Assembly: GCA_965648905.1 (NCBI GenBank)
Contig: CBFGIT010000001.1
Location: forward strand, 8,704 to 72,703
DNA from: a candidate division WOR-3 bacterium
GTDB lineage: Bacteria; Hydrothermota; Tepidihabitantia; Tepidihabitantales; Tepidihabitantaceae
Length of the DNA stretch: 64,000 bases
Direction of reading: 5' to 3'
Under the pieces are notes generated by a model that saw only the letters and a program-made list of their open reading frames with translations, was not told the DNA's origin and did no database searches. This document shows, piece by piece, positions 56,931 to 64,000 of this stretch (positions within the stretch are counted from its first letter, which is position 1; each line of letters starts with the position of its first letter). The position numbers and the translations under genes are program-made.

Positions 56931-57566
56931 ATGGAACTACTAGCTCAACTTGGTCAGGCACTGGAGCAGGGCGATGAAGAACGCACTGCCGAACTTGCCC
57001 GGCAGGCGGTCGCAGCCGGCATCCCGGCCAAAGCAATACTCAACCAGGGGCTGATTGCGGGCATGAACAGCGTCGGCGTTCTGTTCCGCGACGGCGAGAT
57101 ATTCCTGCCTGACGTGCTGCTTGCGGCCCGGGCAATGTATGCCGGACTGGACGTAGTCAAACCTCTGCTCGTCGAACAGAAGGTCGAGCCGCTCGGCCGG
57201 GTTGTCATCGGCACGGTTCAGGGCGACCTGCACGACATCGGCAAGAACCTGGTCGGCATCATGCTGCGGGGCGCCGGGTTCGAAGTCATCGACCTGGGCA
57301 ACGACGTTGCACCCGAGCGGTTTGTCGACACGGCGGAAAAAGAAGGCGCACGGGTCATCGGCCTCTCGGCTTTGCTGACGACCACGATGCCGGTGATGAA
57401 AAAGGTATGCGACCTGGTGACGCAGCGCAACCTGCACGACCGCATCAAGGTCATCATCGGCGGCGCACCGGTGACCGAGGAGTATGCCCGACAGATACAG
57501 GCTGATGCCTACGGCTTTGACGCCGCAGCCGCAGTCGATCGGGTCAAACAGCTCATGGGGACATGA
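56931..57566 (+). CDS. cobalamin-binding corrinoid protein (B12-binding_2 + B12-binding, DxHxxG)
   Basis: GDLHDIGKN motif and a Rossmann B12-binding domain, 211 aa. SD aaggag; starts 1 nt after the upstream stop. Confidence 0.85.
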   Translation: MELLAQLGQALEQGDEERTAELARQAVAAGIPAKAILNQGLIAGMNSVGVLFRDGEIFLPDVLLAARAMYAGLDVVKPLLVEQKVEPLGRVVIGTVQGDLHDIGKNLVGIMLRGAGFEVIDLGNDVAPERFVDTAEKEGARVIGLSALLTTTMPVMKKVCDLVTQRNLHDRIKVIIGGAPVTEEYARQIQADAYGFDAAAAVDRVKQLMGT

Positions 57567-57604
57567 CCAAATCTCGCCTGGGAGATTCGGATCGTGTCCC
57601 CGGA
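57559..57604 (+). repeat. mini-repeat copy 1 (ACATG..AATCTCGCCyGGGAGATTCGGATCGTGTCCCCGGA) with internal 9-bp inverted repeat
   Basis: Spans the start codon of the Hcy-methyltransferase gene and encodes MTKSRLGDSDRVPG. Confidence 0.7.
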
Positions 57605-58519
57605 CCGCTGCTTGCTGACGGCGCGCTCGGTTCGTTGCTGATGGAGCGCGGACTTGCGCCTGGTGAGCCGCCTGAGACGTTTTGCCTTTTTCGACCGGAC
57701 GTGCTGACCGAAATCGTGCGCCAGTACGCTGCCGCTGGTGCTAAGGTGTTCCAGGCCAACACGTTTGGTGCTTCGCCCTTGAAGCTCGCCCGTCACGGAC
57801 TCGAATCCCGCTGCGAAGAAATCAACCAGACAGCGGTTCGTATCGTGCGCGAAGCAGTAGCCGGCAAAGGTCTTGTCTGGGCCTCAGTGGGCCCGAGCGG
57901 TTGCCTGCTTAAGCCATACGGTGACACCGACCCGGAGCGTGTCTGCAGGAGCTTTCTTGCACAGGCGCAGGCACTGGCTCGGGCCCGGCCTGATATCGTC
58001 GCGGTCGAGACCATGACCGACCTTGCCGAAGCAGTACTGGCAGTCAGGGCAGTGCGCACAGCCATGCCGGCGGTGCAACTGGCAGCAACCATGGTCTTTG
58101 ACAAGCGCAGGCGAGGCTTCTTCACGGTCATGGGCAACACGATTGCGGACTGTGTGCAGGCACTGGCTGACGCTGGTGCGAACATGGTCGGCTCCAACTG
58201 CGGCAACGGTATCGAGACCATGGTACAAATCGCCCGCGAGTTCAGGCAGGTGACCAGCCTGCCGCTTGTAATTCGCCCGAACGCCGGCCTGCCCCAGGTC
58301 ACTGCTGGCAGGGACACGGGAGACATGCCCGAATCTCGCCCGGGAGATTCGGATCGTGTCCCCGGAACGCACAAGGTGACGTATCCTGAGACACCGGAAT
58401 TCATGGCTGCGCACCTGCCGGAGCTGCTCGAACAGGGCCTGGCGATTGTCGGCGGCTGCTGCGGCACAACACCAGACCACATCCGTGCGTTCCGCGCCGT
58501 GCTCACGGGAATGTCCTGA
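57563..58519 (+). CDS. homocysteine S-methyltransferase domain protein (MetH N-terminal Hcy-binding module)
   Basis: Zinc-ligand motifs NCG and GGCCGTTPDHI plus ADGALGSLL (DGAMGT-like). ATGA overlap with the corrinoid gene. Carries two copies of a ~46-bp mini-repeat in-frame. Confidence 0.8.
   Translation: MTKSRLGDSDRVPGPLLADGALGSLLMERGLAPGEPPETFCLFRPDVLTEIVRQYAAAGAKVFQANTFGASPLKLARHGLESRCEEINQTAVRIVREAVAGKGLVWASVGPSGCLLKPYGDTDPERVCRSFLAQAQALARARPDIVAVETMTDLAEAVLAVRAVRTAMPAVQLAATMVFDKRRRGFFTVMGNTIADCVQALADAGANMVGSNCGNGIETMVQIAREFRQVTSLPLVIRPNAGLPQVTAGRDTGDMPESRPGDSDRVPGTHKVTYPETPEFMAAHLPELLEQGLAIVGGCCGTTPDHIRAFRAVLTGMS
58320..58366 (+). repeat. mini-repeat copy 2 (same ~46-bp element, ~90% identical) inserted in-frame in a loop of the Hcy-methyltransferase
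   Basis: Encodes DMPESRPGDSDRVPG, a ~20-aa insertion relative to MetH between the NAGLP and GGCCGT regions. Stem CCGAATCTC/GAGATTCGG. Confidence 0.7.
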
Positions 58520-58553
58520 CTGCGGCTGCGGTATATCGCCGCGGAGGTAGTCA

Positions 58554-60902
58554 ATGCTCATACTGAAAAAACTCGTGCCCGTGCTCGGCCTGTTCCTGGG
58601 CAATCTGGCCCTGGCCCAGTTGACCGAACTGTCAGAAGAAGACAAGACCCTGTCGCCCTATTTCTTTGTCCAGAGCGACGACCCGTCAGTTGACCGACTG
58701 CCGCTGCTCAAGACCGAAGCGACAGTTGACATCGCCGGCGTCATCGCCGATGTGAAAGTCACCCAGGTTTACAAGAACGACGGCAAGCGGCCGATTGAGG
58801 CAGTTTACACGTTCCCGGCCTCGACCCGCGCCGCAGTCTACGCCATGAAGATGACCATCGGTGACCGGACCATTGTTGCCCGGATCAAGGAACGTGATGA
58901 GGCCCGCCTCGACTACGAAGCGGCCAGACAGCAGGGCAAGAGCGCCTCGCTCTTAGAGCAGCAGCGGCCCAACGTGTTCCAGATGAACGTGGCGAATATC
59001 ATGCCCGGCGACTACATCAAAGTCGAGATGAGTTATACTGAGCTGCTCGTGCCTGTCTCCGGCGTGTATGAGTTTGTCTACCCGACCGTGGTTGGCCCGC
59101 GCTACAACGGCAAGGCCGGGTCCGAGTCGCACAAGCCAGAGCAGTGGGTCAAGAGTCCCTACACCCGCGAGGGCGACGCACCGAGCTACGAGTTCGGCCT
59201 GACGGTCAATATCGTGGCCGGGATGCCACTACAGGACGTCTCCTGCCCGACCCATAAGACAATGATTGCTTTCAACGGCTTGAATGAGGCGAGCGTGCGG
59301 CTCGACCCGTCAGAGAAAGCCGGCGGCAACCGCGACTTCATCCTGCGCTACCGACTCGCCAGCAGCGGAATCCAGACCGGCCTCTTGCTCTACCCGGGCA
59401 AGGACGAGCAGTTCTTCCTCCTTATGCTGCAGCCGCCCAAAAGGGTTGAGGTCAGCCAGATTCCAGCGCGCGAGTACATCTTCATACTCGACGTGTCCGG
59501 CTCGATGCACGGGTTCCCTTTAGACATCTCCAAGAAGCTGATGCGGAACCTGCTCTCCAACCTGCGGCCCAAAGACTGCTTCAACATCCTGTTCTTCTCC
59601 GGCGGCAACTTCGCACTTTCGGAAAAGTCGCTGCCTGCGACCGAGAAGAACGTTGCGGATGCGCTTGCGACAATCGAAAAGCAGCGGGGCAGCGGCGGAA
59701 CTGAACTCTTGCCCGCGCTCAGGCACGCGCTGGCGCTGCCGCGTACTGAAGGCGCGTCGCGCACCGTGGTCATTGCCACCGACGGCTACGTGACGGTCGA
59801 AACCGAGGCGTTCGACCTGATTCGGGACAATCTGGACAAGGCCAACCTGTTTGCTTTCGGCATCGGCTCCAGCGTCAACCGGTACATCATCGAAGGCATG
59901 GCCCATGTCGGAATGGGCGAGCCATTCATCATCGACAAGCCGGAACGAGCCGAGGCCCAGGCCGAGAAGTTCCGAGCGTACATCGAAACTCCGGTGCTCA
60001 CCGGTATCGACATCGACTTCCCCGGATTCGACGCCTATGACGTCGAGCCGAAGACTGTTCCGGACGTGACTGCGGACCGGCCCATCATCGTCTTCGGCAA
60101 GTACCGCGGCAGAGCCTCGGGTGCAATTACGGTACGCGGCTGGGCTGGCAAGGGCGGATACTCTGAGGCCGTCAAAGTCACTGACTTCCCGCCGGACAAG
60201 AGGAACGCGGCCTTGCGCTACCTCTGGGCGCGACACCGGATTCAGCTTCTTGCTGACTACAACAACCTCGACGAGGACAAAGAGCGGGCCAAGGAAGTCA
60301 CCAGGCTTGGCCTTGAGTACAACCTGCTGACCCGATACACCTCGTTTGTTGCCATTGACCAGCAGGTGCGTAATGTCGGCGGTAGACCAGAAGTTGTGGA
60401 GCAGCCGCTGCCCATGCCCGAAGGCGTATCCGACTATGCAGTCAGTGGCCGTGGGGTTGCCGGGTACTCTGGTTTGTACAAAGTCGGACGTCCATTTCTC
60501 GGTTCCACCAGTGCGCCGACCAGTGGTGGAGCGCTCATGCCCGAACCTGAAGCCGCATCCCAGTCCCCGGTGCTGCGTGGTACAGTCCGGCTTGTCAAGC
60601 TCGAGGCAATTGGCGGTCGGTCCGAGCAGTCGGTCAAAGGCGTCATCGAGAAGAAGCTTGCGGACATCCGGGCCGCATACGTACAGGAGCTTGCGACCGA
60701 CCCAACGCTCGCGGGCAGGCTCGCGCTTGAGTTCACCATCGGGCCTGACGGCACGGTACGCGAAGCCAGGGCGGTGCGCAACGAACTGAGCCCCGGACTT
60801 GAGCGCAAGGTGCTCGAACTCGTGAGAAGCCTTCGCTTCCAGAAGTTTCAGGGCCGCACTACAACCGTATCGCTGGCCCTTGATCTAAGGCCATGGCCAT
60901 GA
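58554..60902 (+). CDS. secreted VIT + von Willebrand factor type A domain protein
   Basis: Signal peptide, VIT-like N-domain, vWA MIDAS motif DVSGSM, and a C-terminal domain of unknown type. Confidence 0.8.
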   Translation: MLILKKLVPVLGLFLGNLALAQLTELSEEDKTLSPYFFVQSDDPSVDRLPLLKTEATVDIAGVIADVKVTQVYKNDGKRPIEAVYTFPASTRAAVYAMKMTIGDRTIVARIKERDEARLDYEAARQQGKSASLLEQQRPNVFQMNVANIMPGDYIKVEMSYTELLVPVSGVYEFVYPTVVGPRYNGKAGSESHKPEQWVKSPYTREGDAPSYEFGLTVNIVAGMPLQDVSCPTHKTMIAFNGLNEASVRLDPSEKAGGNRDFILRYRLASSGIQTGLLLYPGKDEQFFLLMLQPPKRVEVSQIPAREYIFILDVSGSMHGFPLDISKKLMRNLLSNLRPKDCFNILFFSGGNFALSEKSLPATEKNVADALATIEKQRGSGGTELLPALRHALALPRTEGASRTVVIATDGYVTVETEAFDLIRDNLDKANLFAFGIGSSVNRYIIEGMAHVGMGEPFIIDKPERAEAQAEKFRAYIETPVLTGIDIDFPGFDAYDVEPKTVPDVTADRPIIVFGKYRGRASGAITVRGWAGKGGYSEAVKVTDFPPDKRNAALRYLWARHRIQLLADYNNLDEDKERAKEVTRLGLEYNLLTRYTSFVAIDQQVRNVGGRPEVVEQPLPMPEGVSDYAVSGRGVAGYSGLYKVGRPFLGSTSAPTSGGALMPEPEAASQSPVLRGTVRLVKLEAIGGRSEQSVKGVIEKKLADIRAAYVQELATDPTLAGRLALEFTIGPDGTVREARAVRNELSPGLERKVLELVRSLRFQKFQGRTTTVSLALDLRPWP

Positions 60903-61441
60903 ACGGACCAGACACAAACGACCTGATTGTCGGGTTCTACTCAGGCGCGTGCCCTGATCATGCTGGCCGCACATTGGACCAGATTCTGGGCTGGGACGAT
61001 GAACGCCTGGAAGAAGTCCACGACTACATCCAGTGGCTCTTTCCCATGGAACAGCCCAGCCCGGTCAACCCATCTGCTCCAGTGGTTCGGGAGGGGACCC
61101 GGCGTGCGTTCAAAACAAGCCCGCTCCTGCGCGACAACCTGTGTCGCGCCTGTGCGCGGATGCTTGCCTTCTACGGTCTTGAGTGCGACCACGATGCTCT
61201 GAGTCCAGATGTCGTGCCCGGAGAAGACTTCGCCGACAAGTCGGGCCACTGGATGCATCCCGGTAACCACAATCTGCTCCGGCTTACAAGGATTCTGACC
61301 AGTCTGCGCCTGCTCGGCCGAAGTCAGTGCTCAAAGAGCATCCATGCATGCTTGTCCCGACTCGCTGCCGAACACCCCACGCGCATCCCGACTATGACCT
61401 TGCGCTTCTGGGATAGCACCCAGTCAGCGCCCGAGCCGTAA
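60893..61441 (+). CDS. hypothetical protein, possibly OGFr-N-like conserved domain
   Basis: HDYIQWLFP motif region; 182 aa; overlaps the upstream gene by 10 nt. Confidence 0.45.
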   Translation: MAMNGPDTNDLIVGFYSGACPDHAGRTLDQILGWDDERLEEVHDYIQWLFPMEQPSPVNPSAPVVREGTRRAFKTSPLLRDNLCRACARMLAFYGLECDHDALSPDVVPGEDFADKSGHWMHPGNHNLLRLTRILTSLRLLGRSQCSKSIHACLSRLAAEHPTRIPTMTLRFWDSTQSAPEP

Positions 61442-61474
61442 GCTCCGGGTGACCCGGCGCGGTCTAGACCAAGA

Positions 61475-63325
61475 CTACAGCTTGACCAGCGTTACCGGAC
61501 CTGGGCGAGCTGCTGAATCGACGCGGCGCACAACATAGGTGCCGGCAGGAAGTTCACTCAGGTCCAGCTCGATGCTGACGTCAGTTCCAGAACAGCCTAC
61601 TGCCATGAGGAGCTGGCCGGCTATGTCGTAGATACCGAATGTCTTGCGGCCTGGCCCGGTCACGCGCAACAGAGCGCGCGACCCAGTGACCGGGTTGGGC
61701 CAAAGCGATAGCCGCTCCGGCCGAGTCGGGGCAGCCGGTGCTTCCACGCCGGGCACCGGACCAGCAATAACCAGCTTGCCATAAGCCGATGACGCAAGCA
61801 GGGAGTCTCCAGACAGCTCGGTCCGCCACCAGCCCGGCCAGGTACTGTCGCCGAGCATGCCGAGGAAAGCAACTCCAACCGTATCGCCGGTCGGGTCAAT
61901 GTCCAGCTTGTACGGCAAAGTGCCGACGGGAACCGCGGCCTCGAACACAAGGCTTCCACCCGCCACGCTCACCGCAGCCTGTGAGCCCGCGACCGGCGAA
62001 GGCGGCCCCATGACACCGGCGCGGACATAGCGGTACAGGAGCTGGCTGACGCCCTGCTCGTTCACCAAGGCAAAGTAAGCGCCCTCGCTCATGTCAGCCG
62101 GCCACCGGCCGTCGTTGTTCTCATCGCAGAGCAGGACCACCTGGTCGAACGTGTCACGCCGATGCACTGCTGGCATCTCCGCGGCGATGTAGAGGTAAGC
62201 CGAATCGTGCACGGACCAGCCGCGGACACTGCCAGCCGGGAACGAAAGTCCGTAGACACCGCCGACATTGGAGGCGTCAAAGAAAGCTGCCTGGTCCCAT
62301 TCATCCGGCATGAGCACGCCGTCAATCAACGGCGCCGGGCCCGCCGAGAATGAGGAACCGATAGTATCGGTCGAGACCATCAAGTGGGTTCGCATCGTGT
62401 CGTTACCCGGAACCTGGTCGCCAGGCAAACTGGTGAAGCACTCGACCTTGTATCCGGACCAGAGCTCGGCATTGGGAGTCCATGTGCCGGTGCACGTGAC
62501 CACGGCCGAGTCAGAAGGCGCAATCGAGCCCAGGACCAGGTTCTCGCTGAATATCCGGTTGCCGGCTGAGTCGATGCGTACCGTTACCGGCACGTTGGTC
62601 TGGGCCGCAGTGCCGAGGTTCGCCACCAGGCAGCTCGGCGTAACCGGAATGCTGCTGTGGAGCCGACCGCCTGCAGGTGCGATGATGCGGCTGACGGCAA
62701 CGTCGTTGGCCGGACGGGACAGAATGATGTCGTCGGCGAAGACCTTCGCCCAGGGCGTCCCTCAGCCGCCGCTGGTCCAGGCGTACAGCGCGACCCCGAC
62801 CTTGCGCACCCGTGCACGGCTGACTCCGCGCAGATTCTGCGCCAGCTCGTCAGCCAGATTCATCTCGTACTGCTGCCAGCCCGGATTGGTCACTTCAATC
62901 AGATGGAAGGTATCGGACGGGGCCCACGTGCAGTACTGGTTGTGGTAGTAGAAGTAGGTTTCACCCAGGACCGCGCCGGAAGAGTCAAGAAAACTGACCA
63001 TGATGCTTGCGACCGGCCAGCACGTGGACGAACCGCCACCCAGTTCGAATGCTGCCCAGAACGACAGGTCCATGGACAAAGTCGTGACCGGCACGACCTG
63101 ACGCAGAGCCAACCAGCCTGGCCCGGCGTAAAGGTAGCCTTGAGCTTCGTAGTCCGGGTCAGGATGGTAGGTGACGTCGCGGCCGAACGTGACCGTGCCG
63201 CTGCCGCCCTGTTCCTGATTCCAGCCCACGGTCAACTCCTGCTCAAAGTCACCGTTGGTGAGCAGATTCTGGGCTGGGGTCAGGCCCAGAGCGAGCAACG
63301 AGCAGACGATTACTCGGGCAATCAT
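61475..63325 (-). pseudogene. T9SS cargo gene (signal peptide + CBM4/9-like domain ... CARDB-like ... T9SS CTD) interrupted by one in-frame TGA at 62762-62764; pseudogene or candidate selenoprotein
   Basis: ORFs 62762..63325 and 61475..62626 are in the same frame and separated only by a TGA. The N-terminal part has a signal peptide and the C-terminal part ends in CTD GTYVVRRVDSAARPGPVTLVKL. Confidence 0.6.
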
Positions 63326-63388
63326 AGAACCTCCAGTAGCATCTCTAGGACTCTATGCCGGTCCGGTCGGAAGTCAACTGCGGAAGGT

Positions 63389-63967
63389 CTACTTCTTCTG
63401 GCTTCCTCGACCCGGTGCTTCGAGCGGTACGCCGCTCCGGCACAAGGGACACCGAGCCGGCTCAAAGGTCGCGACCGGCTGCCGATACGCGGCAAAGAAC
63501 GGTACGCCGAAATCTACGCCCGTACTCCGGTCAATGTACACGCCGACGCCTGCGATATTGGTCGGGAACGACTGAAGCGCTTCCATGGTCTCCCTGATTG
63601 ACCCGCCTGTGGTCATGACATCATCAACCACGAGCACACGGTCGTGCGGCCCGACCTCGAACCCACGGCCAATCCTGCGGCCGGTCTCAGCCTTTTCCGC
63701 AATAATCGAGCGGCAGCCAAGCTGACGGGCGACTTCGTAGGCGATGATGATGCCGCCGGTGGTCGGCCCGCAGACCACGGTGATGCCTGAGGCGCGGAAG
63801 TGCTCGGCGACCGAGCGGGCAAACTGCTCGCACACCGGCGGGTGCTCGAGAATCCGGAACTTCTCGAAGTACTTGTCCGAATGCCGACCCGAGGTCAGAA
63901 GAAAGTGACCCTCGCGCAGCACGCCATACCGCTTCATCGCCTCAATGAGTGCGTCACTCACCTGCAC
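63389..63967 (-). CDS. pyrE: orotate phosphoribosyltransferase
   Basis: PRPP-binding motif VLVVDDVMTTGGSI, 192 aa. Confidence 0.9.
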   Translation of the reverse strand: MQVSDALIEAMKRYGVLREGHFLLTSGRHSDKYFEKFRILEHPPVCEQFARSVAEHFRASGITVVCGPTTGGIIIAYEVARQLGCRSIIAEKAETGRRIGRGFEVGPHDRVLVVDDVMTTGGSIRETMEALQSFPTNIAGVGVYIDRSTGVDFGVPFFAAYRQPVATFEPARCPLCRSGVPLEAPGRGSQKK

Positions 63968-64000
63968 CTCCGAGTTGTGCTCGAATCTCAGCCACTGCCT

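Noticed and set aside
1-64000. CRISPR arrays, rRNA/tRNA genes, transposases/integrases
   Set aside because: I looked for regularly spaced direct repeats, tRNA-like cloverleaf regions and IS-type ORFs and found none. The only periodic repeats are the short heptad tracts and the intragenic domain duplications.

Overview
High-GC (~65%) bacterial chromosomal segment, densely coding on both strands. Multiple large secreted proteins end in T9SS-type C-terminal sorting domains, so this is probably an uncultivated diderm of the FCB-like superphylum; that lineage call is an inference from T9SS cargo plus GC content, not a database result. Housekeeping content: pdxA (partial), mgtE, cstA, lysS, a lolC/E-lolD-mcsA-mcsB-selA overlapping gene string, ccsB-like/ccsA, cca, panBC-dNK-folK, cspA, nnr, ygiQ, ruvX-mltG, a dNTPase-like HD protein and pyrE. 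Accessory content: a PNAG/cellulose-like exopolysaccharide locus (processive GT2 + TPR/beta-barrel + GH/CE4 fusion), a gingipain-like C25 peptidase and a 1643-aa S8 subtilase that share a beta-propeller+CTD module, and PKD/PQQ/BNR secreted proteins. The most interesting locus is a tightly coupled four-gene operon (54756-58519). It encodes an MttB-superfamily methyltransferase, a MetH-type AdoMet reactivation domain, a B12-binding corrinoid protein and a MetH-type homocysteine-binding methyltransferase. This looks like a split, cobalamin-dependent methionine synthase in which the methyl-THF module is replaced by a quaternary-amine (MttB-type) methyl donor module. Other notable signals are listed below. 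1) A T9SS cargo gene is interrupted by a single in-frame UGA followed by a bSECIS-like hairpin, in a genome that encodes SelA. 2) A ~46-bp hairpin-containing mini-repeat is inserted twice in-frame in the Hcy-methyltransferase gene. 3) Heptanucleotide tandem repeats sit inside three coding regions (pdxA, cca, and the radical-SAM/lipoprotein gene junction). 4) A 14-codon poly-lysine micro-ORF has a perfect SD. No rRNA, tRNA, CRISPR or obvious transposase was seen.
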